A stretch of DNA of 64,000 nt, from the NCBI RefSeq assembly GCF_009914755.1, contig NC_060928.1. One strand, given 5' to 3'. The translations under genes and the position numbers were made by a program. This DNA is from the human T2T-CHM13v2.0 reference genome, Homo sapiens. A model generated the notes under the pieces. It saw only the letters and a list, made by a program, of their open reading frames with translations, was not told where the DNA came from and made no database searches. Position 1 is the stretch's first letter; each line of letters opens with the position of its first letter. Below are positions 12,540 through 25,683 of the stretch, piece after piece.

Positions 12540-14700
12540 CAAAACTCCACTAACACACCATAAAAGTAATTTTTTTAGGTCCTAGACCTGTAAGGATATG
12601 GAGAAAGATCAAAGAAACCATAATTAGAAGGCAGAAAGGCAGGTGGTAACTGACTTGGTGGACCAAAGAAAGATGACTCCTCACTCAACCAGCAGTAAGG
12701 AAGCCAGTGGCCAGTTGGATTTGAGCCATGAGATTCCCAGAGGTTCAGCAGGGAACCCTGAGGTGCTGGAAGTAGAATGAAGGTGAAGGACGGCTTGGTA
12801 GCCACTTTAAAAACAGATAGACTTCCAGATCCACACTCTAGCAAGAAAATGGAAGGCTAGTCATTTGAGAAGATAAATGTAAATTTTCAAGATGTCGTCA
12901 GAGATGGTTATGTTGAAAAGGGAAGATGAAGTGAAACTGGATCCTGGATGCTGAGGCCCTCCTTCGACCCCAGCAATCTTCTTCCCTTTAGTTCCCAGAT
13001 CATTGCTAGACGTTCACCCTCTGCAGAAGATTGTAAGGTTTTCTCTGAGGACTCTGTTCCGCCCAAGAGAAGAGACAAAAGTCACTAACATCAAGGATTC
13101 CCCAGTACAACCAGTATAACCAGTATAACCATCAAGGATTCCCCAGTACAATGGCTCAACCAGATCATCCTACATCAGAGCCCATATAGCAACCCACAAA
13201 TGTGCTCAGGGCTTCCAATCAGCTTCTTCATCTTCTACTTTTAAATACGACCGGAGATACAAGGAAATCTAACCATCTGAAAAAAACATCACTGACCTGA
13301 AGGAAAGAAAAAATAAACACAAAAGCATGCTAAACACATTTTGGAGGATACTATAGAAAAACTATTTAGAGAGAATACAATGTTTCCCTCAAAAAGATTA
13401 TTACTATGCTCAGAAAAGTAAGAGGAAATAGTGCAATCATGAAACAAGAACAAGATGTTATTAAAAATGAACATTGAGAGGACTGAAGCAAGCTCTTGGA
13501 AATGTAAAATACGATAGTAAAATGTTGCCTCCCCACAAGAAACTATAGAAGTTTAGAAAAAAGAACTGAATAAACCTCACAGGAAATAGGGCAAAATTTC
13601 TAAATTATATAAAATAAAGAAGAAAAGGCCATCAGTGCAGGATGATCATTGTCTGGTAGGAGTTCCAAAATGAGCAAAATGAGAAAATTCCCGCAAGACC
13701 AATGTGGGTTGATTGCTACCTTCAAATATATTTTTGTCTGCAGATCCCAGTAACTGCTTCCTTCCCATGACCCCAAACCTAGGTATGGAAAAAGACTTTT
13801 GCTCGTACTGGCCCCAAGTTTCTTCAGCCTTCCACATCTTTGTAAACCATCCCTTTATTAAATGCTTCTTGAAGTTTCTTACTAGAGCTTGCCCTCTGAA
13901 TCCTGACAGATAGAGTCCCATGCATTCTGTACCAGCAAGCTCCTGGAGGAGGTGCATCCCCAAAACAAGGAGGTATTCGAAATCAGAGGAAGGCTCAAGC
14001 AAGGAAACAGAGGAGCAAAGTGAGAAGGGAATCCCTACAGTGATGGTGGAGGGAAAGTCCAGGAACATACAGCTGAGCGTGGGGCCTGAAAGCAAGAACC
14101 CTGCATTGAATCAGGCCCAAAGTTTCTGGAAAAGGTTTACTCAAGAAGACAGAAGTCTCAGAACACCTAATGTCTGGGAAATTTGAGAAAGGAGATTTGG
14201 ACAACTAGCAGGGAGTTTGGAGTTAAATTAGTAATCAAAACATACAGACATAAACAATGAAAAAAACAGCTATTAGTCCAGAAAAGACAAAAAGTCATAT
14301 AGGAAAGGAAAAGCAATCATAATTTGCCACAGGCTCAGCACTGAGTGACAGTTACAAAAGTCACAATAAATGAAAACAATGAATATTGATCTAACCAAAA
14401 GTGTAACCAATGGGGAGGATGCTTGTGGCAGAGGGAGGAGGAAAGAAAGGAAAGCCCTCGCTTCCATAAATAATGCCTGAAATTGGAAATTTGAAAAGTA
14501 GCAATAAAAGCACGCTATTTTAAAATATAGAGGCAAACACCAAAAAAAAGAAAAAAAAGGCAGTAAAGTTTAAAGCTATTATATTTCCTCTGGAAAAGAT
14601 GTAATGGAAGAGGAGGATAGCAGATTACTATTCTGCACAACAGACCCTATGGAATTATTTAATTCTTCACACTATACATATGCAACTTTAAAAAAAAAAA
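12540..14700 (+). mobile_element. HAL1 (half-L1) element, degraded, with an internal LTR fragment
   Basis: atgaaacaagaacaagatgttattaaaaatgaacattgagag..agctcttggaaatgtaaaat and ctggaggaggtgcatccccaaaacaaggag...gatggtggagggaaagtccagg resemble HAL1; A-tail at about 14690. Confidence 0.7.
13700..13910 (+). mobile_element. Old ERVL-type LTR 3' fragment inside HAL1
   Basis: ccacatctttgtaaaccatccctttattaaa...ctctgaatcctgac resembles the LTR40/41-type 3' end. Confidence 0.4.
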
Positions 14701-16129
14701 GAATTAAAACTAAATGGAGGTCAGAAGAAAAAGGGTAAGGAAGAGAAGAAAGGGAGAGAAGGAGGAAGAAGATAGGGAGGGAGACTTAGTTGAAAAAAAA
14801 TTAAACTGGCTCAAATAAAAATGGTAGGGCACAGACAGCAGAATGTGGAGCCACCTCAGCTTCCAGAGCCCGCCTCCCTGCAGCTTCCAGAGTCCGCCTC
14901 ACTGCTCCCTGGCCCTCTCTCCTGCTGGCTGGCCACATGCACCAAAACTTGCTGTTCAACGGGATATGCTCATAGCTATGGTTTCCAGCAGTCTCTCCTG
15001 CCCTCAGCTAAGCCTGGTCCTGGCAACTCCCCACCACACCCCACTGTGCCCGATTGCAATTCTTGGGCACTAAATCCTCCCTGTCTCCTGAAAACACTCA
15101 TCTGTTCTCCAACAAGGAGCACACAGCACCTGGAACTTTGTGGAGATTCTCCCTGAATTTCATACCACAGTTCTCCACCTTCAACCTTCCCTCCTCTAGG
15201 ACCCGTGGTTGGTTTTTTAACACTTATGGGGGTGTCTGTTTTATGCAAGTTACTTCCACTGAGCTTAGATTTTGCATATTCAGAAATAGACGTTTAAAAA
15301 TGAAAATAAACAAAAATAACTTCTAAAAAATATGTGCTAATTGCTTAGCTTGTGCAATTGAACTACTGAACTTACCACTGACATGCACTGTGGAGAAAGA
15401 ACCATCCTCTCGGCATTGAGCATCAGCTTATCCAAGCCAGCAACGAACCCACACAGCTGTGCCCACCTTGTTCTGTTATACAAGATCCCCACAATGGGAG
15501 TTACCTTTCACATTTCATCCAGTATTTTCATCCTCAGCTGGATTTGCAATCATAGATATCAGCTCATTTGACCTTCTGGCAGAATCTCTTTTCTACCTCT
15601 CAAGATCTAAGTTGACATTGAATCAAATATCTTATTAACATATGCAGACAAAACTATGGGCCCAACTGAAATAATTTCTCATTTGCCATGCTATAAGTTC
15701 ACTTGTGCACCTAACAGAGAGAGTCTACATTAGACAGGATGCCAGGTGTGGTATCTGCAGAACAATTGGACCTTAATCTCCCCATTGTCAGACTGACTGA
15801 TTGCATCATATCCAGGTCCCATCACATAGTTACTGGGCTCACCAATACCACTATTGATAGTCAAATCTCCCTCCTGTAGTCAACCTGAGAAAAATCTATT
15901 AAGTGAGACACAGGAAAATCCCTAGATACACCTTACAAGGACTAAGAGTCCTCATAGCATGAGCTGATAAATGAGGAAGCCTAGGAAAGTTCTAGCAAGT
16001 GGGGAATCCAATGAGACTGTACAGCTAAGGAGTGTGACCTACCTGCCTTGGAAAATCAGAAAAGATTGCCTCAGAAAAGTCCTTTAGCTTTCCATAGACT
16101 TAAATATCAAGGTTATCAAGGTTATGTTG

Positions 16130-16577
16130 TAAAAAGCAGAAATTACTGCCTACCCTGCAGAAGGGAGTGTAAAGATTGGGTGCTAATGACACTGAAAGGA
16201 GGAGTGACCTCTGGGCTGAGTCTCCAGGAAGGACCCCCAGCAACCCTGCAGAGCCATCCAGAGGGATGGCCCAGTCAGGAAGGCAGGAATCCAGAGACAA
16301 CTGCCTTCTATACCCACCCAAGCTGGTGGCCAGACACTGCACAGGGCTACAGAAAGACCCTCCTTCCCCACCGCAGAGCCTGCCAGCAGGAGGACACCTC
16401 CTTCTCTGTTCTGACTTGCAGTCCGTACCTAAGAGAATCTGATTGGTGAGGCCAATTTGCATCCAGAAACTCAGGCAGAAGGGTATCTGGGAAACGTAGT
16501 TTTCGGCTCTGCAGCCGCTACAGTCCAGGAAGATGCAACCAAAGGAGGAAACAGGTGCTCAGCCTTCATCTACCACA
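16130..16577 (-). mobile_element. Ancient LTR (LTR78/79-like)
   Basis: tctgattgg...ccagaaactcaggcagaagggtatctgggaaacgtagttttcggctctgcagcc...tctaccaca. Confidence 0.45.
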
Positions 16578-16789
16578 GATTAGGTAATTAATCTAATGCA
16601 CCTGATTTACCACACAGGCCTCAAAGCACGGCTTTCCCAACAGCCTCTACCTGTAGTCATATTTCGGGAAGACTTCCTCACCTCTGTCAGCTGAGACATG
16701 GAACTGCACCCACAGCTGTTGGTGCAATAAATACAATAGCTGAAACTACTGTGTGTTTGCTTTTACACTACTGTGTGCCCACTTTAAAG

Positions 16790-16895
16790 TTTAAGAAGCT
16801 GAGGAACAGAGAGGTAAAATAGCATGCCCAAGGGCACAGTCACAAGTGGTTGGAGAAAACTGGCTCCGTAATTTCTGATCTTACTCTCTAAACTA
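16790..16895 (-). mobile_element. MIR
   Basis: aagctgaggaacagagaggtaaaatagcatgcccaagggcacag. Confidence 0.65.
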
Positions 16896-18188
16896 TATAA
16901 ACGAAAACCATATAAAAATTTACAGTCCAGACTATCTAGCCTGAGAGATGTAGGAGGCAGGCCTCGGGCTTTTACCAATGGCCCTGTGCCATCTAACTTC
17001 AATGATCTGATATCTCACTGAGCCCATATCTTAATCTCCTGCCTGGGGGGACCTAGATGGAAAGAGGAAAAGGGCTTGCTGCCACTGTCCTCTCTCCTTG
17101 TTCCCAGAAAGCATTAGACCGCAGAAGGTGGAATGCTAAAGAGAGAGGCAACTGCAGGATCAGCTCCCGAGGAGCCGCAGTTTCACAAGCGGTGTGGTCA
17201 TCCCCACAGACAATGAATAATGCAGCATAAATAAAGACTTGGACACTCCCACAAGATCTAGAGTTGTGCCTTTTTCTATGCCTGGCCCTTTCAAAAGTCC
17301 CATCTCAGAAATAGAGGGGTGGAGGAAGACGTGAGCTCCCCACAGTAACAGGGCAGCAGGAGCTCCTGTTCCCACAAGGGAGCCTCAGACCTCCGCACCC
17401 AGAGCTTGACTCCAAGCTCCACCAGGCTCAACCTCTACCCATTGCTCCGCAAAAACTCTGGTCCCATAGACCTCCGTCCAGAAATCCTGCCTATCCAGAC
17501 TCATGCTGACTAGATCCTGCCTTTGCCCGACCCCACCCTGACACCAGTGTATTTAATTCAATCTGTGTTCACACTGTTGCCCTTCCAAACCTGCCACAGC
17601 CCCTCAAGAACAGGATGTGGGAACGTACAACAGAATTTCTCTCCCCTCTCAATTCTCAGTGTTCAATTCTTGCAGCTTCTATAACTGCAAAGATAGGCGT
17701 GCAGACCCTTTAGTGAGCAAAGAAATACAGTTCCCAAGAAGAAATTGATCTTAAAGTGTTTGAGTTAGTTTTCCTCAACAAATGTAATGTTAAAATTTCA
17801 GAAAAAACTTTAAGACTTTTCAAAGGCTCATTGGACATCAAATAGTTCTCACATAACTGGCTACAGTGTAAATTAATCAAAATTACATACCTTTAATGTC
17901 CCTTAAAATGCAGTATTTCATATTTTTTAGGGGTCCATTGAACCTTCAGAATAAATCTGGGGAGGGAGAACTAAGAAAGGACAAATTAAGGGGATAGAGA
18001 TTTGGGGAAGAGTGAAGACGGCAATTATGGGGAGAACATAATACAGGGAGAGAACGGAAGAACTTGAATAGTGAGAAGAGGGAATGGAAGCAGAGAGTAA
18101 GGATGTGTAAGGAGAGTAAGGAGAGTAAGGCAGGAGGCAGTGAGAAAGGAATGGACAACAAAAGACACTTGCTCACCACCGATCCCCA

Positions 18189-18440
18189 ACACACACACAC
18201 TCACACACTCACACACACACTCACACACTCCCACACACTCACACACTCACACGCACTCACACACTCCCACACACTCACACACTCACACTCTCACACACTC
18301 CACACACACCCACCCACACACACGCTCACGCATACACTCACACACTCACATGCACACTTGCTTGCACACACTTACACGCACACACAATTACACACACTTG
18401 CAAACACACACGCTCGCACGTGCACACACACACACGCACA
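18189..18440. repeat. Imperfect (CA)n/(CACACT)n microsatellite
   Basis: About 250 bp of CA-rich repeat. Confidence 0.95.
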
Positions 18441-19050
18441 ATCTCACTTTGCCTGTTTCCAAACTTAACGTTTTCCAGCCAGTGGGTCCTCACCGGTTAA
18501 GTTAATGTGGAAAAGACTATTCTGTCATCCAGAGAACCCACAGCTCAGTGCCTGTTCTGAGGACACAGGCATGTGACTTTCAGCAAGTTGCTGACAATTT
18601 CATCATCTCATCTCTATGTAATCAGGGTGATAGGTTTCCAGACATGAGAGTACTGGGACTCCATGAACAAAAAGAAGAAGACACTGAGGCAGAAAATAAG
18701 AACCAAAGTACAAGAAGTGAAGATTAAAGTTCATCTCGCTCATTCAGAATCCTGGCCTCGAGAGAACTGCAGATGGAGTCCAAGGGGCTCCACCACTAGA
18801 GTAAGAGTTAACGTTTCTGTTTCCATTAGGAACGGCAGGCTGATGCCCGGGCAGATCATTCTGAGGAGAACACTCGCTACTCTCCTCCAAAAGAAGCCGC
18901 CCAAAAAAAGGGGGAGGCAGGAGGCTGACGAGGTCCTGGGTGTCTTCCTCTCCCCCAAGTCTTCTGAACTGCTTTCACCCGTGCCCAGCGGCCTCTTCTT
19001 CTGGTCTCCCCTCCAGGTCCTAACTGTTGCTAGCAATCCCCTGCTATGAT

Positions 19051-19694
19051 GGTGAACTCAAAAAACAAAACAAAACAAAACAAAAACAATGTCTGAGACG
19101 GGTGTGAATCCATTTAGAGGCTTACTTTGCCAAGGTTGAGGACGTGCCTGGGGAAAAGAGACACAAGTCACAACTGGTCTGTGGCCAGCACTTTTTTTCA
19201 AAGAGGATTTTGAGGGCTTCAGTATTTAAAGGGATAAAGTAGGCAGGCGGCAAAGAAGGGAAAAAAAGAGAGGGAAGGTATAGTCACATTTTTTGAGGCT
19301 TCGATTAGCAGTCAGTGAACCTACATGTCACACGTGACAAGGAGGAGGTAGAGGAACAATCGATTATGTATTCACCTCGTGCTGAGTAAATCTGCACTTT
19401 ATGTGAGATAAAATAAACACGGAGTAGAGGAAGAAGACAAATATGCATTCATCTCAGGTGGGCGGAGGGACTGTGCCTCGTCTCCTCTTGTCCAGTACCA
19501 TGAAGATAAGCTGTTAGTTTACTTTGTCAAGGTGAGGGAGGCCCCCTGGGGAGACACGTGGCCTTCTTTCTCTAGCTGTCTGTTTAGGAACAAAAGGAAA
19601 GGCGGGGGTTTTTTTACATGACTCAGTTTCCAAGTTCAACTTTTCCCTTCAGCATAGTGAGTTTAGAGTCCTGAGATTTTCTTTTCTTTTCACA
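19051..19694 (-). mobile_element. MER4-family ERV1 solo LTR
   Basis: Reverse complement starts tgtgaaaagaaaagaaaatctcaggactctaaactcactatgctgaagggaaaagttgaacttggaaactgagtca; other end cctcaaccttggcaaagtaagcctctaaatgg..tctcagac. Confidence 0.8.
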
Positions 19695-20109
19695 ATAGAG
19701 GTCATCATAGGTGATCCTCGGTGATGATGAGGATGATACAATGATGGCGATGACAACCCAAAACTGTAATAACTAGGAGAGAAAAGAGAAAAGGGGACAG
19801 AAAAGAGAAGGGAGAAAAGAAGGAAGAATAAGGAGGAGCAGGAAAGAAGATGCTACGCCCCACTAGCAGTGCTGGCTGCTTCGTTTCTTCTTCTTTCCCA
19901 AATATTTGTGTCATGCCTGCCTTCCACTTAGCTTCTTGACAGTGGGGTCAAGGCCAACATGACGCGCCCCCCCACCCAGGGAGTTTACAGAGCAGGAAGG
20001 ATTCCAACACCTCCTGATGCACCGTGGCAGGTGCCGTGATAAAAACGCAGTTACACAGATACACCCGGCCAGGGATGGTGGTCAGGGACCTCACCACATT
20101 TGTGTGCTA

Positions 20110-20540
20110 CAACTATGAGTGGATCAGAGGGGAATGAGGTTGTGGAGGCAGGATGACCATGAACAGATTATCATAAGAAACAAGGCGAGAATGTTGGTGG
20201 CCCGGGCTGGGGCAGAAAAGGTGAGGAGTTGGTGCTGTACTGATGGAATTTCGTGGTTAAAGAGGTGTGGAGGGCACAGCGGAGGAGGAAGTCAAGGACA
20301 AACTCCAAGTGTGTGGATTGGCCTGCCGGGTGGATGGTGATTTCATTTACTAACTTTCAGGGCACACAAGAAATGGTACGGGCTGAGGATGAGTTCAACT
20401 TTGGACAGATGAGTTTTAAATACATAGGTGTCAACTGATTGTAAACAACCAACGGGTAAGTGAGCATATAAGGCTGCTGTTGTGAATGGAAAGAGATGCT
20501 ATCAAGGAAACAGGATTTCTGTGCAGCCTGGAGGGCTCAG
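20110..20540 (-). mobile_element. L2 fragments
   Basis: gggctgaggatgagttcaactttggacagatgagtttt; gggtggatggtgatttcatttactaa. Confidence 0.55.
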
Positions 20541-20639
20541 GTGCAGTCGGAGATCATAATAGTGGCTCCAGTCTTCACAATGGCCTACATTGTCTCTTCT
20601 GATTCTTTTTCAATGCTGGGTGGTATGTATCTTTATCCT

Positions 20640-20770
20640 CGTTATTAAGAGGAGAAAAGGCTCAGAAAGCTTAAGTAGTGTGCTTCAATTCTCACAGCTT
20701 GTCTAGACCGGACTCAAATGCAGATCCGTCACAGCCTAAAGCTGAGGTTCCAGCCACCACACCGAGCTGT
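20640..20770 (-). mobile_element. MIR
   Basis: gaggagaaaaggctcagaaagcttaagtagtgtgc...ggactcaaatgcagatc. Confidence 0.6.
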
Positions 20771-22483
20771 CTTCAGTCAAGAGTTAACTCATCTCTCCCC
20801 AGAGCCATTGTCCTGAAGATGCGAATATAATGATGATGAAATGTGTCCCTCTCCTTCAAGAAAATCAGAGTCTAGTGGACAGGGAAGGACATATAAGTAG
20901 CTACTAACTTGTGATGTGCTGAAAATAAAATAGCGTCATTATAAATAAACAAAATCCTCAACACTACAGCGGAGTGGAGTCCAGGGAGCAGAGAGAAAAC
21001 TGAGCTGGGATGGATTATTTGAATTGAACTTAAAGAATGAACGGGCCTCGCATATAACCTGGATGATAATTATTTTTTTCACATTTACAAATGAGGTGAA
21101 AAGGCTAAACCAAAAACCCCTGCCAACCAACACATGTCTTTCCATAAAGTCCCCAACTGCTGGCTTCAAGAGCAGCCCCACTGGAAGCTTATTTCGGGAC
21201 GTAACCCACGGTCACTGGTGCTTTGCTTCTTTGGGGCAACACCACGTGGATGGTCACAAGCCAGCTGACTCGGTGAAGTCACACCATCTGAGGCTTGCTG
21301 TGCACAACCTTCCCGGGTGAAGGTGCCTTCTGCAAACCTAGTGAGACCATTTGTACATCGAAGGGACGCTCCCCTGAACATTCACCATCATCCTGTTGGA
21401 ATAACCATCTCTTGCTTCAAACTGAGGTTCTCCCATATTCCATATAGGTCTATTCATTACTTGTTAATGGTTGTCATTTATTACCCCCTTGTTTATTACT
21501 GAAATTATGATTCATTAAGTAATAAAAATCTGCTTGGAACATGCAAAAGGAATAAGCTCCTCATTGTTTCAAAGCGTCTTTGCGGATTTTATTGTGCTCT
21601 TTTAGGAATAATTTTTTTCTCTTCTATTGAAAAAGAACCATCTCTATGAAACCATGTGGACCAATAAATTATTCATGTATATCCATCATTTTAGGTTAAA
21701 AAATAGCTGATTTAGAAGCATTTGTATTGTCAAATTCTATTGCTTTGCAGTTCTGTTCAGTTTCCGTCACCCCCGGCAACTCACACTGCATCACAGCCAA
21801 GCTCATCACCTGGAACACTGCCTTTGTGCCGTGCTCCTCCTCACACGGCTCCCTGTTGCTGCCACATCTCATCCAGGCTCCTCCCTGATTACCTTGATGG
21901 CAACACCCATCAGCTGCCACACACTCACTTCTGCTACTCTCCACACCAACTCCCTTCTCCAGTCAGCAGGATTTCTTACCAAGCCACATCTCCTCTCCAC
22001 CCTACACCTACAGGCAAATGCCAGGCTCATCTCCAGCACTTGGCCTCTGCTCCTTTACTCAGCCAGTATTTACTGCCTTGCGACTATTGCCCAGGCCCGG
22101 TGAAGCCTGTTCACATATGTAAGACAGGCTCCCTGCTTCTCAATAGCTTATTCCTCTAACAGGCAAGACAGGATACCCAGGTAAATAATTTCCAGAGTAT
22201 GACAGGTGTTCCAACAGGCATAGGCAAGCTCTACTTCAGCGTCCAAGGAGAACTCTAGCCTGAGTAATACGCCATCTTACCCCTTCTTAGGACTTTCACG
22301 TGGGCTGGCATCATCTCCCCATTACATTGCACAATTCAAGGGCAAGGACTCTGTCTCCCAGTTTCTTTGTTTACCTCGCTATACCTAGCATGCTAGGAAA
22401 TGATTAGACATGTATATTGTATCTAAACTTGTAGTATAATACACCCATTTTATAAAGATTTGAGTTCAGTTTTCTCTCTGTCT

Positions 22484-22770
22484 TCTTTTTCTGGAGACAG
22501 GGTCTCACTCTGTTGCCCATGATACAGAGCAGTCCTGCAACCATGACTCACTGCAGCCTCGTCCTCCTGTGCTCAAGCCATCCTCCTGCCTCAGCCTCCC
22601 CTGTAGGTGAGACTCCAGGCATGTGCCACCATGCCTGGAAAATTTGTAAAGTTTTTTCTAGAGAGGCTTTCTCACTGTTTCCCAGGCTGGTCTCGAATAT
22701 CTTGCCTCAAGTGATTCTTCCACCTCTGCCTCCCAAAATGTTGGGATTACAGACATGAGTCACCATACCC
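22484..22770 (-). mobile_element. AluJ, diverged
   Basis: ggagacagggtctcactctgttgccca...cctcccaaaatgttgggattacagacatgag. Confidence 0.9.
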
Positions 22771-22926
22771 ACATAATTTCTTAAAGAGTAGTACAAATAA
22801 TAAATAGAATAAAATACATTTTTTAACAAAAATTTCAGTTTTTAATGGGAAAATATGGATTATATGTATCTAATAAAAATAATCTTCAGTTGATACGGTC
22901 CTAATTTTTAAAACATGACTATGTGC

Positions 22927-23050
22927 TTCATTCATTCATTCATTCATGCTCTCAACAATCGTATACTGAAGACTCACTATGATCTAAGTGCTGGCACTTT
23001 CTCTACAAGGACAACAAAATGGCCAACTCTGAGGAGCTTCTGTTCTGAGA
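22927..23050 (-). mobile_element. L2 3' end
   Basis: (ttca)n tail followed by caacaatcgtatactgaagactcactat. Confidence 0.55.
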
Positions 23051-25350
23051 ACTCTCCAAGAGGAACACAATTCTGAACCTTGACCTCCAAGGGCTTTCTG
23101 ATGTCCCAGAGCCACTGCATCACTAAGTTGGGGCCACCATGCACAGCAGGTTATTCCAAGCATTTCCAAGCTATGGATATATATTTTGTCCGTTGTATTT
23201 TTTTCTCCCTTTACTTAAAAAAAAATTTGATGTGGTCTGCAATGTGACTGCCCACTGGTCAGCTCCAGCACGGACCACAAACAGCAGGGGGCTTAGAGCA
23301 CAAACTAAATGGGGTCCACCACACCCTGCTTTCATCTCCCAATATTTTTCATGACTTTTCCCAAAGAGATATAAGCATTAGTGGTTCTGAACTACTATGC
23401 CCATAGCATTTTATTACAGTTTGCCCATATAAAGAGTTTTTGTGGCCCGTATAAAGCAGCAACCTCTTTGATAAGTGACATACAGCATTTCCATCCACCC
23501 AGATCCAGGGCTGACCTAGAACACAAAGAGAATTCACCAAAGGCTTTCACCAAAATTCTCTATTTTTCTTTCTGCCTTTCGAGAACTAATTTCTCTTAAA
23601 AGAAAGAAAATTATCCGTGGTTTCCACTTAAGCCAAACGGCCAGACAGCTCCCAGGAAAAATCTAGAGAGAGGAGGATGATCGGAGAGGCGGAAAGAGAG
23701 GACATATACCTCCTTCCTTCTTATCAAGTCCCAATACTCTGCTGCTCAAGGGAATATGGAATCTCAGAAGTACTTGATATGAAAATGACGAAATTCATTT
23801 ATTGACAGTTGGGTAAAATTGTATCCTAACACAATCACAGAGAGTGCTGTCGTTACTTGAACAAAATAAAGCAACACAAAAACATTTGGCCAATGAGGTT
23901 CACAGGACGCAAGAGACTACAAGCTGGTGAGTGACAGGCATACGTTCAAGCCTTGCACTGTCACGGTATGGGGTCAGATCTTCAGAGAAGTTTTGACAAA
24001 GGATTTCACTGCCCTCACAATACATTTTATGCCTCTCCTAAGAAACGCTTAATGTCTGCAATTATGTGTCAGCCACCCAAGAGCCTCAGAACGCTATGCA
24101 ACCGCAGCATGCAAAAGCAAACGGGTCAGAAAGGAAAACTGGGACGCTACTGCCCTCTGCTGGACACACAGGCGAAGGGCGATTCCTGCACCGTCTTTAC
24201 CGCACCTGGGAGGAGTTCTGGGCATAGCTGCGTGCAGCTGGCGACACTTTACTCAATACAAGAGGTCTTGAGTGCGCAAGGCCTCATCTGGGTCATGGAC
24301 CCTGCATGACTCTTGTGACTGCTTAGATAAACTACATCTCACCAAGGATGACTCAAAGCAAGGAGTGATATTGAAATATTTTAATTGTTCTTTTTCAGTA
24401 GCTGTTATATATTGAAGAAAACGCTTTTGTCAATGTGAAAAATGCCTATTAACGTTTATTCATAACAGTAAACAATTACCACTGCGGTATGTCAAAAGAG
24501 ATGGGGATGCCAGTATGAACAGGAAAGAGCTGTCCTATCTCACAGGTCAGCGACGTTACACAGTCCAGTGAGGACACGTATGTATGTCTCTTGTGTGTAG
24601 ATTTGTTTTGTTTTTGAAACCAATACCTTCTTCAAATGTTGCCTTGAAGTACACATTGCAATGGGGTTGACTTAGTTTGAAAATCACTTTGTATTTGGCA
24701 AATGCCCAGTCAGGGACCGCAGCCTAGACACACAGAATGCAGCCATGTGAAGGCCATCCAAGTTCAAACACAAACGAAAAAATTAGTGTGTCCAGTTTCC
24801 AGTCGTAATAACTTTACCTTACAGACAAGCCGCTGATTCTCGGGAAGTCTGCTTCCCTCCAAATCCAGCTCATTTGGAAGGGAGGAAAACAACATTTAAT
24901 GAGCCCCTCTCTGTCCTACGCGTCAGCCCATGCAGCCTCACAACTGCACCTTGGGGTACCCAGGATTACGGACATTTTACAGGTGAGATCACGCTCAGAA
25001 CGCACGTGCAGAAGAGGCAACTGGCAGTCACACATGGCCCACCATGTCTTAGACTTGGAGACATAATCTCACCTGCACATCAGACTCTCTCGACAAGACC
25101 CTTCTAAGCTAGGTGGAAAGAGGTAAGTCAAGGAGAGAACACCCAGAGTCTTAGCCCTGATGCTGCACTGACATATCCACGGTCGGGGACACATCCTAAT
25201 GCTTCCATGCCTCAGCAGCTACATCTGTACAAGGGGACACTCAGTCTCAAACTTGCCTCACTTCATCGTCAGTCAAATGACTCTTTTTTACCCTTGGGTT
25301 CTTGGTACTGAGAAGTATTTAAATTAGTCTTTTTTTAAAGTGGTTGCGTG

Positions 25351-25683
<333 letters not shown>

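Noticed and set aside
18064-18505. His/Thr-rich ORFs (also Cys/Val-rich ORFs at 38886-39297)
   Set aside because: Translations of (CA)n/(TG)n microsatellites
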